Shown one piece after another: positions 30,949 through 40,812 of a stretch of 64,000 bases of DNA. Positions within the stretch are counted from its first letter, which is position 1; each line of letters starts with the position of its first letter. The stretch is taken from IMG/VR virus record IMGVR_UViG_3300006204_000001; one strand, 5' to 3'. This stretch comes from a virus. Lineage: Duplodnaviria > Heunggongvirae > Uroviricota > Caudoviricetes. The notes beneath the pieces are model-generated. The model had not been told where the DNA came from, made no database searches, and worked only from the letters and a program-made list of their open reading frames with translations. A program made the translations under genes and the position numbers.

Positions 30949-30958
30949 TATATATTCT
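30949..30958 (+). promoter_or_regulatory. Putative early promoter
   Basis: TATATATTCT ~50 bp upstream of 31006. Confidence 0.55.
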
Positions 30959-31005
30959 TTATTTGTATCAATAAATATATTTTTACATAAGAATGGAGGA
31001 TTTAT

Positions 31006-31458
31006 ATGGTAGGAATTTTAAAGTGGGCTGACACAAGAAGTAAACAGGAGTCTCTTGCAGGAAGATTAATAACATGGGATAAAAATGGTGATACTATTTA
31101 TACCATTAAAGATTTCATAACACATGAAACGTTAATGTTGTTACCAGATGTTATTAATTTTGAAGAAAATGCAGATGAGATCAGATTCGACTGTGAAACA
31201 GGAGGTATCATATTAACACCGATAAATATACCTATAAAATGCATTACTAAAAATAGGGATAAGATCAATGTAGGAAATGGCTGTTATAACACAATTGAAT
31301 TCATGTTTGATAAAGAAATATCATATATGGATTTCATTGTTTACTTAATAACAACAAACCAGTTTCCAGAAAGAAAATATGAACCTGGCAGTATCATGAT
31401 CAGTAGAAGTAAAGAAAACCCTAATACCATTGTATATAGGGAAGAATTGATTAAATAA
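31006..31458 (+). CDS. Hypothetical protein (stand-alone cassette)
   Basis: 150 aa ORF, GGAGG RBS, flanked by promoter motif and terminator. Confidence 0.7.
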   Translation: MVGILKWADTRSKQESLAGRLITWDKNGDTIYTIKDFITHETLMLLPDVINFEENADEIRFDCETGGIILTPINIPIKCITKNRDKINVGNGCYNTIEFMFDKEISYMDFIVYLITTNQFPERKYEPGSIMISRSKENPNTIVYREELIK

Positions 31459-31463
31459 AAATC

Positions 31464-31500
31464 AAAAAATAAAGGGCTTGTAACAAGCCCTTTATTTTTT
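31464..31500. terminator. Bidirectional terminator
   Basis: aaaaaataaagggcttgt/acaagccctttatttttt. Confidence 0.85.
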
Positions 31501-31795
31501 ATATTTCTTCCATTACCCCATCTAATAAATCTCCTGATGATTCTTCATTACTTGGAAATGGATCTATAACATCCATCTCTATAGTTTCTGATAAAAATGA
31601 TTCTTCATCAATTTCCTTTGAAACTATATTAACAATACAAGCTGTCATATTACCCAAAGTTTCTGTTACTTGGTTTAATAGTTCTTTCCCATTGTCATCT
31701 ACTTCTTCTTTAGCTTCATTTAAATCAGTCATAGCAGATTCCATTTTCATAATTGCTTGTCTTAGTATTCCTAATGGTAATCCTTGTTCTTCCAT
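31499..31795 (-). CDS. Hypothetical acidic helical protein
   Basis: 98 aa ORF, AAGGA RBS. Confidence 0.65.
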   Translation of the reverse strand: MEEQGLPLGILRQAIMKMESAMTDLNEAKEEVDDNGKELLNQVTETLGNMTACIVNIVSKEIDEESFLSETIEMDVIDPFPSNEESSGDLLDGVMEEI

Positions 31796-31801
31796 ATTAT
31801 A

Positions 31802-32179
31802 TCACATCCTTCTTATTCTACTTATGAATACTTTATTAAAATCACAGTTAACTATCCCGGAATATGATATGTATTCCATATTTCCATTTTCATATATAAA
31901 CATACATGGAACTCTGTTTGTATTAGGTAGATTAAATTTCTTAAATAATAAAGTAGTGAAATCATCTATTAATATTCCAGGATGTCTATTGGGAATAGTT
32001 ACGTTATAGATAGGACATGTTACCCTTCCTCTTAATTTTTCTGCAATCATATTCATATATTGTTTACATTCTTTATTATATTCAGCTATATAAAATACAG
32101 TATTTTCTTCAAGTTCTGTAGCTGTATTATATGCATCCTCAAATTCTTTTAATGTGTTAATATTTTTAATTGAAGCCAT
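31802..32179 (-). CDS. Thioredoxin-fold-like protein lacking CxxC
   Basis: INTLKEFEDAY start, YNKEC at the active-site position, NRVPCMFIYENG cis-Pro strand. Confidence 0.5.
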   Translation of the reverse strand: MASIKNINTLKEFEDAYNTATELEENTVFYIAEYNKECKQYMNMIAEKLRGRVTCPIYNVTIPNRHPGILIDDFTTLLFKKFNLPNTNRVPCMFIYENGNMEYISYSGIVNCDFNKVFISRIRRM

Positions 32180-32193
32180 TTTATATTTCCTCC

Positions 32194-32556
32194 TTATACA
32201 GTAAAATCTCTGATTTCTTCCATAATATTATTATAGTTAATATTAAAATCATCATCTTGATATAAAAACTTAATTTCTCCTTCTTTGAAACCAATTATTG
32301 CTGGTAACGATGTTAAATCTTTTTGATATTCAAATATAGACAACATATCAGAATTTATATCATCTTCAATATCCATTTCTGTTACATCAATAGAAGCAAA
32401 TTCCATATCAGTATTTTTAGAAATTTCAGATAGATCCGCATGAAGAACTTTAGCAAGATCTTCATTATTATTTAATAATAATACACATGGCATATTATGA
32501 TTTAATATATCATCCTCATATGTCATATAATATTGATCCATTGTTATTTTTTCCAT
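32194..32556 (-). CDS. Thioredoxin-fold-like protein lacking CxxC
   Basis: EFASIDV and TSLPAIIGFKEGE, typical thioredoxin strand motifs. Confidence 0.55.
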   Translation of the reverse strand: MEKITMDQYYMTYEDDILNHNMPCVLLLNNNEDLAKVLHADLSEISKNTDMEFASIDVTEMDIEDDINSDMLSIFEYQKDLTSLPAIIGFKEGEIKFLYQDDDFNINYNNIMEEIRDFTV

Positions 32557-32573
32557 AATAAAATCATCCTTTC

Positions 32574-32732
32574 TTATTTTAAAACATTTTTACATGCAAT
32601 ACATCCAGGGAAATAACATGAACATTTCTCACAACATGGATTATTATCAAGAAGATCTTTAATTTTTATACATCTTTCTTCATCTTCTTTTAAAATCCTT
32701 TTAATATCATTATCTGTTAATAATTTACTCAT
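32574..32732 (-). CDS. 52 aa Cys-rich protein not in the ORF track (MSKLLTD...PCCEKCSCYFPGCIACKNVLK)
   Basis: Manual translation; AAGGAGG RBS, overlaps the stop of 32725..33789. Confidence 0.65.
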   Translation of the reverse strand: MSKLLTDNDIKRILKEDEERCIKIKDLLDNNPCCEKCSCYFPGCIACKNVLK

Positions 32733-33789
32733 TATTGTTTTCCTCCTTAATAAAATATAATTTAAAGATATATAATACTACCTTTCCTAAATCAGTTATC
32801 CATGATCCGGTAATATTAGATCCATGGTCTGTAAGTCCTCTATTATCAAGATCATACGCAAAATATTGAAATATCGGATTTTCACATTCATTCGATATAC
32901 CAAACCTTTCTTTCATCTTTTCTTTTCTTATACTAAAAGCTTTATCAGATATCTCTTTATTTTTAGATAAAATCATATCTGTGTGATCATTTACTATCTG
33001 TAAATAATCTCTTATAGCTTTAGCTGTTCCATCTGGCCATCCGCAACCGCAAAATGGTAATAAATAAAATTTACAAAATTCAAATATATTAATAAATAAT
33101 TCATCCATTTGAATTTTATTAAGAGGATCAAGATTATCATATTCTTTTGATGCCATGTCAGAATCAGGATATTCTTTTTTAAAATAATCTTTTATCTGTA
33201 TTAAAATTTCCCCGTCTGTATATATTTTTTGATTTATTACAGAATCTTTACAATGATATTCATAACAAATATCATGTCTATGACAATTACTACAATAATC
33301 ATATTGTTTATCAGATGCATTAGTATTTTCGTTTCCTATCAATAAATCACATTCAGGATCAAATTTTACACGATTATTTACTTTATCAATTATAAATGAT
33401 TTAAAATTATTAAATGTTAAATATGTTAGTACCCAAAATGGGATATATCCCATTTCTACTTGATCCGATAAATAACAATCCGATATAATAAATGCATCAT
33501 TTTTTAATCTTACTGCAAATCCTTTATAACATTTAGGATTATTTAAATCTATAAAAATTTCTACTGGTTCTTTTGTAAATTCTTTTATTAATTCTCCATT
33601 TTTAAAATATGAATTATAATGTTTCCTTTTTTTAGGTGCAAATGCTGCTGATGTAAATGATCCTTTGAAATCTTCAATTTTAATAATCTGAGCCGCTAAT
33701 TCATTTGTTTCTTCATAATAAAAACCTCTGTAAATTTTCCCATCATTAAAATGGATAAGTGCTAATGAATGATTCTCGTAATACGCCAT
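32725..33789 (-). CDS. Multi-domain hypothetical protein (CxxC...C...C segment; C-terminal FCGCGWP...GLTDHGSNI...WITDLG domain)
   Basis: 354 aa ORF, AAAGGAG RBS. Confidence 0.7.
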   Translation of the reverse strand: MAYYENHSLALIHFNDGKIYRGFYYEETNELAAQIIKIEDFKGSFTSAAFAPKKRKHYNSYFKNGELIKEFTKEPVEIFIDLNNPKCYKGFAVRLKNDAFIISDCYLSDQVEMGYIPFWVLTYLTFNNFKSFIIDKVNNRVKFDPECDLLIGNENTNASDKQYDYCSNCHRHDICYEYHCKDSVINQKIYTDGEILIQIKDYFKKEYPDSDMASKEYDNLDPLNKIQMDELFINIFEFCKFYLLPFCGCGWPDGTAKAIRDYLQIVNDHTDMILSKNKEISDKAFSIRKEKMKERFGISNECENPIFQYFAYDLDNRGLTDHGSNITGSWITDLGKVVLYIFKLYFIKEENNNE

Positions 33790-33839
33790 AATTAATTTCT
33801 CCTTTTTTTAAATAAATATTTTTATTAATATTACATAAT

Positions 33840-33897
33840 TAGAATATATAATTTAAAAAAATAATTGTATATAATGTTATTAATATTATATATTCTA
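33840..33897. promoter_or_regulatory. Back-to-back pair of putative early promoters
   Basis: TATATATTCTA on minus (33840..33850) and plus (33887..33897) strands between divergent operons. Confidence 0.65.
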
Positions 33898-33941
33898 ATA
33901 ATGTAACTAATTAAAATTATTTTCATAATGGAGGTATTATT

Positions 33942-34430
33942 ATGAGAAAAATAATTAAAAAATATACAAAGAAAGATTTTAACAGAGTAAAATCAATAGT
34001 AAACAACGATTATGCAAACAGAGGTGTTACTGTTAATTTTAATGATGTTAAAAGATTTATGAATCGATATAATATTAATAATATTGATTTATTAACAGTG
34101 CATAAACCTCATGTTTTTGAAAAGCATGGGTTATTATGCATAACCCCAGCCAGAATTTCAGCATTGGTAAAAATAGCCTGTCATTATCAAAAAAGATCAA
34201 TATATGGAGATATTAAATTACCAGAGGTATCTGATATAAAAATACTTGGTATATTTAATAATGATTATGGAACTGAGCTGGTATTAACATCTGATGAAGA
34301 TTCAAAATTCTTTGCATCATTACCAGATGATGTTATTATCGATTGGGAATATAATGGTAGCTATTATTATCAGGTAACAAAAGTAAATATTGATCATGTA
34401 ACGGTTCGTACTAAATTTAGTAAATACTAA
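33942..34430 (+). CDS. Hypothetical protein, paralog of 34825..35517
   Basis: Shared VHxPH...LCIxPxRIS...YQxRSxY...FFxxLPDD.IIxWEYxG...QV pattern. Confidence 0.75.
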   Translation: MRKIIKKYTKKDFNRVKSIVNNDYANRGVTVNFNDVKRFMNRYNINNIDLLTVHKPHVFEKHGLLCITPARISALVKIACHYQKRSIYGDIKLPEVSDIKILGIFNNDYGTELVLTSDEDSKFFASLPDDVIIDWEYNGSYYYQVTKVNIDHVTVRTKFSKY

Positions 34431-34452
34431 TGAATGGGAAAGGAAAAATACT

Positions 34453-34797
34453 ATGGCTATGGATTTTACAGAATTAGGAAAAATGATAAAATATCAAAGA
34501 AGATCTTTAGGTTTAACTCAGGAAGAATTAGCTGAAGAAGTTGGAATGACAAAAGCAGTGTTAGGACAAGTTGAAAGAGGAGAAAGATCTATAACAGTTG
34601 AAAGACTTGTTTTATTGGCTGATCGTTTTGGTGTAACTGTTGATTTTCTTCTCAATGGATACAAATTTAATGAACATACTCAAGTCATGAAAGATTTTGT
34701 TGGAATCATGCGTGACCAGCCATTAGAACGAAAACAAATGGCAATTGATGTATTACGTACGATATTTTCTCATCTAAATAAAGAAAATAATAAATAA
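34453..34797 (+). CDS. XRE-family helix-turn-helix regulator
   Basis: RRSLGLTQEELAEEVG...VERGER...LADRFGVTVDFLL. Confidence 0.92.
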   Translation: MAMDFTELGKMIKYQRRSLGLTQEELAEEVGMTKAVLGQVERGERSITVERLVLLADRFGVTVDFLLNGYKFNEHTQVMKDFVGIMRDQPLERKQMAIDVLRTIFSHLNKENNK

Positions 34798-34824
34798 AAA
34801 ATATTATTAAAAAGGAGATATAAG

Positions 34825-35517
34825 ATGAAAAGAGAAGTAATTAGATGTTATTTAGATATGACTGAGCTGAATAATCTCATTCAGTCTGAATATAATCTAA
34901 TAAGTGGTTGTGCTATTGATATTAGAAAAATCATAAAATTTATGAATGATTATGGTGTTAACAATATTAATAGTCTTAAAGTTCATGGACCTCATATTGT
35001 AAAAACAGGTGACGATATGTTGTGCATAATACCTCCAAGAATTTCTTTAGATGTTAATATAAAAGGGAAAGGATATCAGGAGAGATCATTATACTATACT
35101 GATTTTCAAGTACCAAAAGTAAGTACCATTAATATTTATGAATTTTTTGTCAACGGTGATGAAAACAAATTAATTGTCCATGATGAAGAAGATCTGGATT
35201 TTTTTGATACTTTACCAGATGACGCAATAATCACATGGGAATATGATGGTACTTGGTTTCATCAGGTATTAAAACAGGATATTGATACTATCGATATATT
35301 CTATGAGAGTAAGCCGAGTGCATATAATCAATTAATTTCTATGGGTTGGAATTTACCTGATGATACACAAACATGGTGGGATAACGAATATATATTCTTC
35401 AAAGTTTCAGATGAAGATGATGTAACTGGTTATATTGTTCAGATAAATCCTAAAACTGGTGAATTTCGTAGTAAAGGTAATGGTAATGGATGTTTCTGGA
35501 CAGAATGGGAGAAATAA
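34825..35517 (+). CDS. Hypothetical protein, paralog of 33942..34430 with extra Trp-rich C-terminal domain
   Basis: 230 aa ORF; shared motifs with 33942..34430. Confidence 0.75.
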   Translation: MKREVIRCYLDMTELNNLIQSEYNLISGCAIDIRKIIKFMNDYGVNNINSLKVHGPHIVKTGDDMLCIIPPRISLDVNIKGKGYQERSLYYTDFQVPKVSTINIYEFFVNGDENKLIVHDEEDLDFFDTLPDDAIITWEYDGTWFHQVLKQDIDTIDIFYESKPSAYNQLISMGWNLPDDTQTWWDNEYIFFKVSDEDDVTGYIVQINPKTGEFRSKGNGNGCFWTEWEK

Positions 35518-35549
35518 TACATTCCGGCATAAATAAAAAAATAAAATAA

Positions 35550-35572
35550 AGAGGGGTCTATAAGACCCCTCC
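35550..35572. terminator. Terminator between convergent genes
   Basis: agaggggtct/agacccctct hairpin. Confidence 0.75.
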
Positions 35573-35585
35573 TCCATCTTTATTT

Positions 35586-37058
35586 TTAATCGATATCTAT
35601 AACTTTAAATGATTTTGATTTTCTTTTTAATACATCTGCTCTAGCATTAGCCCATGCTCTTAATTGTTTTACATCTGCATCTACAATATCCCACATATAA
35701 GTATCTTTTTCATCATCTCTTCTTCTTAAACGTCCACTAACTTGATCTGCAAGTATCCAACTTTTAAATTGTTGCACTACTATTAATTTAGCTAATCCTT
35801 TCCAGTCAAATCCAGTACCACATGATGCTACTGTGGATATTAATATATCAGATTCACTTTTATATTTTTCATTCTCCTGTTTAGTATTTTTAGAATGATA
35901 TGTTCCAATCTTTTTATCAGGAAACATTTTTTCCGTATAATCACGAATAACATTTACAGATGTTATAGTAGGAGCTAATATTAAAGTTTTACCATATGTT
36001 ACTTCTTTTTCTGCCATCTTAATTATTTTTAATACCATAGTGAGAAATTTTGTCATAGTACCATCTGATGGTATAGTCAATGCAGTATATGCTGGTATAC
36101 TAATACCATATCGCATCCATTTGCCAGCTCTTTCAGAATATCTCATATTTTCAGATACTGCTCTAATTTCTTCTTTAGATAATCCAGAATGCCCCCACAT
36201 CATTCTTACATGCATATGTGGTTTCATTCCATATACATTTCCTGGTTTTGGATTAAACAATGTAGGTTTCTTTTGTTGTTCTTTAAATAAACTGAGATCA
36301 CCAAACATTTTCTGATATAGGGAATTTTCTTCTTCTCCAGACCTACCAAATGTACCTGTAAGATATAAATTATATCTTATATTTGAATTTGATTCAACTT
36401 GTACTATATTATGAAACCACATTTGTACTTCATCTATTACTTTTAAACCAAATTTATTTAATTTCATTATTTTCTCTAAATCATATTTTTTATTTAATGA
36501 TGCTAATGATGCTTGTGAAATAATAACGAAATCTTCTTTAACATTAAAAAAATCTTGTGGACCACTTACATTTTTTATTCTATTAGGATCTACTTTAAAC
36601 ATATTTACCAATGTTTCATACCATTGTTTTTTAATTCCACTAGTAGGAGCAATAAATAATGTTCTTACAGATACTGCACATGCACAAAAACAGGCAACTA
36701 CGGTCTTTCCAGAACCAGTTCCTAGGATCGCCCCGATTTTCTGGGACTTATTAAAGCCATCTAAAATATATTTTATACAATCAATTTGTAATTGATTACG
36801 TGGTTTAATATCGTGCTCTATTTTAGGGGTTATAGCTGCATAATCCCAATATTCTTTTGTATGATCTTCAATTGGTATTTTTGGAAATGCTTGTCTTATA
36901 GTCTCTTCCATACCTGGTGCAAAAGCTATAAAATTATCATCTGGATCATTATACCAGAATACTCTATCATCTGTACCAACTAATTTATCCAATTTTAATT
37001 TTTCAAATTCTGTATATTCTGTAAATATTAAACGTGTTCTTTCCTTTCTTATTCTCAT
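35586..37058 (-). CDS. SF2 DNA helicase (UvsW-like)
   Basis: PRNQLQ Q-motif, GTGSGKT, IDEVQ, LTGT, GTGFD, QVSGRLRR. Confidence 0.9.
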   Translation of the reverse strand: MRIRKERTRLIFTEYTEFEKLKLDKLVGTDDRVFWYNDPDDNFIAFAPGMEETIRQAFPKIPIEDHTKEYWDYAAITPKIEHDIKPRNQLQIDCIKYILDGFNKSQKIGAILGTGSGKTVVACFCACAVSVRTLFIAPTSGIKKQWYETLVNMFKVDPNRIKNVSGPQDFFNVKEDFVIISQASLASLNKKYDLEKIMKLNKFGLKVIDEVQMWFHNIVQVESNSNIRYNLYLTGTFGRSGEEENSLYQKMFGDLSLFKEQQKKPTLFNPKPGNVYGMKPHMHVRMMWGHSGLSKEEIRAVSENMRYSERAGKWMRYGISIPAYTALTIPSDGTMTKFLTMVLKIIKMAEKEVTYGKTLILAPTITSVNVIRDYTEKMFPDKKIGTYHSKNTKQENEKYKSESDILISTVASCGTGFDWKGLAKLIVVQQFKSWILADQVSGRLRRRDDEKDTYMWDIVDADVKQLRAWANARADVLKRKSKSFKVIDID

Positions 37059-37130
37059 ATCATCAATCCACCTTATATAAGTTTTTCGTTATTCAATCGT
37101 TGAATATATAGTCAGATAAAAAGATAAACA

Positions 37131-37155
37131 CTGGAGTAGCATTTCGCTACTCCAG
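37131..37155 (-). terminator. GC-rich hairpin with no long ORF ending at it
   Basis: ctggagtagc/gctactccag; T-rich tail on the minus strand. Confidence 0.6.
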
Positions 37156-37357
37156 CATTCATCTTTGCCAAAAATAAAAAGCCCCAAAATCATAAAAGAA
37201 GGAAGATGCCAAAAACCACTTTTATGAAGGTAATATACAATCATTTGTTTTTTATTTTCCTAAGAGATTTAATTATACTGAATCAAGACATATTAATTTT
37301 AATTTATTAATCCAATATTCACAAATGATTATTTCTATGTAAAGGTAATAATAAAAT

Positions 37358-37368
37358 TATATATTCTA
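37358..37368 (+). promoter_or_regulatory. Putative early promoter
   Basis: TATATATTCTA upstream of accessory operon. Confidence 0.6.
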
Positions 37369-37398
37369 ATATAGAATAATATGAAAGGAGAAAATTAT

Positions 37399-37887
37399 AT
37401 GTATGATTTAAATTATTATTCAGAAAATATTGTTTGTAGAGGTCACGGTATAAGTATTTGTGTATGTAAAGAAAAATTACACAAATTAATTGTACCACCA
37501 TATTTCATTGTGTTTAATAATGAGGATATTGAAAAAGCAGATAAATCTATCAGATTAAAATTTAAGAGTAATAAATCTGTTAAAGTAAATTGTCCATTAG
37601 GAAAACAATGGTGGGAAATGAAACCAAATGAAATACTTGAACTAAAGAAATTACTTAGAGATACTAATGAATATTCAGAATATTCTAATTGGGACACTAT
37701 ATGTTTTATATGGAATAAAGTATATAAAACTATAAATTACAAAATGAAAATTACTGAATGGAAAAGGGATCCTCATTATATCGATAAAGCAAGTGCATAT
37801 GCGTTTTGGGATTTTACAATTAGCAATAATTTAGATATTCCAATTGTATGGGATACTACTGATTATAGGAAGGAGAATAAAATATGA
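37399..37887 (+). CDS. Hypothetical protein
   Basis: ATG 37399 after AAAGGAG. Confidence 0.7.
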   Translation: MYDLNYYSENIVCRGHGISICVCKEKLHKLIVPPYFIVFNNEDIEKADKSIRLKFKSNKSVKVNCPLGKQWWEMKPNEILELKKLLRDTNEYSEYSNWDTICFIWNKVYKTINYKMKITEWKRDPHYIDKASAYAFWDFTISNNLDIPIVWDTTDYRKENKI

Positions 37888-38204
37888 TTTATCATGGGAA
37901 TTTGATTGAATTTGAAAGGACAGAAAAAATACCAGCAAATGAAATGAGTAATTTCAACTATTATTACGAAAAAAGATTAGTATTAGCAGATTTATTTTCA
38001 TTAACAGGTGGAAAAGTTGAATATGATATATATTTCGATGATACAGGATATGAAAATATTTATGTTGGTAGAGCAGAAGACTTAATGACTACCGCAAATG
38101 GAATAATGAGCGAATATTGTCAATATCCTGTCCATAGTATTGATATCAGTAGAGATGGAAAATTACTTGTTGTTTTATATAATGATTTTGGAGGATGTGA
38201 ATAA
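37884..38204 (+). CDS. Hypothetical protein, paralog of 40498..40812
   Basis: FERTxK...LADLFxLxxGKxEY...YxGR shared. Confidence 0.75.
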   Translation: MIYHGNLIEFERTEKIPANEMSNFNYYYEKRLVLADLFSLTGGKVEYDIYFDDTGYENIYVGRAEDLMTTANGIMSEYCQYPVHSIDISRDGKLLVVLYNDFGGCE

Positions 38205-38206
38205 AT

Positions 38207-38848
38207 ATGTCAGTATTAAATAAGAAAATGTTACCACGTTATGAATATATACGAGATAGTATTATTCAATTATTAACAGAATATCTGAATAAATATCAGT
38301 TGCCATCTATAAAATACACATTCATTGATGAATTTGCTAAAACAGAAGATAGAGAACTTATAGATGAATCAGGATTGTTATTAACTGATAATCCACCAAG
38401 CATGGGAACGATAATATCTGTAGGTCATGATAAGGAAACTAGTATTGTTAAAGAAATGACGTTTTTATTAGTAATACCAAATTCCAATTTATTAGAGACA
38501 TGGATTAATACAGGATTGGATGATATTAAAACCTTATTAATCATGCATACGGTATTAAAACATGAGATTGGGCATATTATTTATAATTGGTCTTTTATGG
38601 GTAATTATATAGACACTATACATGAAAAATTTAAGAAAGATGAGGAAGTTAAAAAGGATTTTTATAAAAAATATAAAATTAATAAAAATACTAGCATTAA
38701 ACAAAGAGCAAGAATAATGATACACTATAATAGATTAGAACCAGAAGAGAAAAATGCTAATGAGTTAATGGGTATAACTGATCAAGATTGGGTTGATTAT
38801 ATAAATGCTATTTATGATACTACATATAAATTAAAGGATTTATTATAA
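38207..38848 (+). CDS. Zincin-like metallopeptidase (HExxH), paralog of 40781..41377
   Basis: LKHEIGHII and downstream EKNAN. Confidence 0.7.
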   Translation: MSVLNKKMLPRYEYIRDSIIQLLTEYLNKYQLPSIKYTFIDEFAKTEDRELIDESGLLLTDNPPSMGTIISVGHDKETSIVKEMTFLLVIPNSNLLETWINTGLDDIKTLLIMHTVLKHEIGHIIYNWSFMGNYIDTIHEKFKKDEEVKKDFYKKYKINKNTSIKQRARIMIHYNRLEPEEKNANELMGITDQDWVDYINAIYDTTYKLKDLL

Positions 38849-38865
38849 AAGGAGGATATAATAAT

Positions 38866-39255
38866 ATGAGAAAACAATGGCATGTTGGAGAATTTTGTGG
38901 ATTTGAATATGATGACGGTAAATGGGTAAAAGCAGAAATTATTAGTGTTAAGAAACCTAGTAGCGTAGGTGAAGAATATTCTGTTACTATAAAATATGAT
39001 GAACCTAGGACTGTTATAACTTCATGTGGAAGTCATATGTTACATGTATTAGGTAAACAAAGCATAAAAATACAAGAGTTACAGAATATAGAGAAATATA
39101 ATAAATTAGCCAAATTCGTATTTCCTAAATCTAATGGTGAATATTCTAAGCTAGATGATTTAGAAAAAGCATGTATTAGAAAAATATATGATAGACTTAT
39201 ACTCATTATATCAGAAGAGAAACTTTTAATTATGAAAGAGAAAGGGGTATTATAA
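38866..39255 (+). CDS. Hypothetical protein with SH3/Tudor-like N-terminus
   Basis: WHVGEFCG...DGKWVKAEIISV...YSVTIKYD pattern. Confidence 0.6.
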   Translation: MRKQWHVGEFCGFEYDDGKWVKAEIISVKKPSSVGEEYSVTIKYDEPRTVITSCGSHMLHVLGKQSIKIQELQNIEKYNKLAKFVFPKSNGEYSKLDDLEKACIRKIYDRLILIISEEKLLIMKEKGVL

Positions 39256-40017
39256 TGGAAGATATATTAGGTAAATTAAATCCTAATAAAAAAAATAGTG
39301 GCACGCAATTATGGCACTATTAGTCATCTTAAAGGTTCAAAGATGATTAATTCAAGAGATAAGTTAATTGGCATTAACCAAGAAATTATGTTAACTGAAA
39401 AAATTAGGAATAGAGGTGATTTAATAATTATAACTGAAAAAATTGATGGATGTAATGTTGGTGTATTTAGATGCAATAATAAATTATATCCACTAGTAAG
39501 AAAAGGTTATGATGTTAGAACTAATCCGGTTAGCTGGATTAAATCATTTGCTAATTATGTAGAAGATAGAGCAGAACAGTTTTTTGATTTATTACAAGAT
39601 CAAGAAAGAGTTTGCGGTGAATGGATGATTCATCAACATACATTGAAATATAAACTCAAAGGAGATCCTTTTATTGCATTTGATATCATTAGAGGAGATC
39701 ATAGAGAACGATATATTGACATGTGTAAAAGACTTGATAAAGTCAATATAGAACATACTGGGTTAGTTCATATTGGTTCTCCTATGCATCCTAATTTGGC
39801 AATGTTATTATTAGGAAAGGGTTTCCATGGGGTTGAAGATGATCAACCAGAAGGAATAGTTTACAGATATGAATCAGCGAAGTATGGGTTTGAATTTTCT
39901 GCTAAATTCGTTGATAATTATAAATTAGGCATTAATGAATATTTTAAAGTAGATGATCCATATTCATGGAATGAAGTTAAGGGTAGATACAAAAAATATT
40001 GTATCTTGAATATATAA
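39255..40017 (+). CDS. ATP-dependent RNA ligase (nucleotidyltransferase); likely start 39255 with a +1 frameshift in an A8 run, or GTG start at 39298
   Basis: TEKIDGCN motif I, CGEW, FIAFDI, PEGIV, AKFV. Confidence 0.85.
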
Positions 40018-40030
40018 GGAGCATAAATAT

Positions 40031-40426
40031 ATGATTAATGTTATTCCAGAAGAAATATTAAAGCGTTCTAAGAGTGCTTTAGATGATGATTGTTTTAAAA
40101 TTTATAATAAATCACATCAAATTTATATTTATGACTTATTAGAACGAATAGAACCATATATCGATATTCAAATTATCAGTTTAAAATTATATACAGATGG
40201 TAATATGATCATAGCTGAAAATACTAAAGAAATAATATATAAAGGGAGAGGTATTTTCTTATTGAATGAAAGTAAAAGGATTGACTTAACTTTAGAACGA
40301 AATTCATTAGTAAAGTTACCAGTTTCATTAATTTCATTTAACGAAAATATATTGTCTGTATTTGTTGATAAAGAATATATTGATAAATTAGATGAAAGTG
40401 GATTTGCTAATATTATTGATTCATAA
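40031..40426 (+). CDS. Hypothetical protein, possibly a distant paralog of 37884/40498
   Basis: IYDLL...IYKGR...PVSLIS...ILSVFV pattern. Confidence 0.6.
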   Translation: MINVIPEEILKRSKSALDDDCFKIYNKSHQIYIYDLLERIEPYIDIQIISLKLYTDGNMIIAENTKEIIYKGRGIFLLNESKRIDLTLERNSLVKLPVSLISFNENILSVFVDKEYIDKLDESGFANIIDS

Positions 40427-40435
40427 TTATACAAT

Positions 40436-40469
40436 AATGATTCACCGCTTTAATATGCGGTGAATCATT
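40436..40469 (+). terminator. Intrinsic terminator
   Basis: aatgattcaccgc/gcggtgaatcatt followed by a T-run. Confidence 0.8.
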
Positions 40470-40497
40470 TATTTTTTATAAATTTAGGAGGTAAATA

Positions 40498-40812
40498 ATG
40501 GAAAATAAATATATGTTCGAGAGAACAGATAAATCAATAAATGATTATCCTGAAAAGGTAATTATTTTAGCTGATTTATTTCATCTTGGTGATGGTAAAA
40601 TTGAATATATAATAATGGAATCAGAATCTGAAGAAGAATTGTATAATGGACGACAGGAGTATTTAGAATGGACAACCGAAGGTTGTGCTTCATCCTTATG
40701 CAGTAGAGTTATTGATTATATTGACATAGGAAGCAATAAAATACTTGTATATTTGAAACCTGAAGAGAGGAATACGGATAATGAACAATTCAAAGATGTT
40801 AAAAATGACTAA
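40498..40812 (+). CDS. Hypothetical protein, paralog of 37884..38204
   Basis: Shared motifs; AGGAGG RBS. Confidence 0.75.
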   Translation: MENKYMFERTDKSINDYPEKVIILADLFHLGDGKIEYIIMESESEEELYNGRQEYLEWTTEGCASSLCSRVIDYIDIGSNKILVYLKPEERNTDNEQFKDVKND

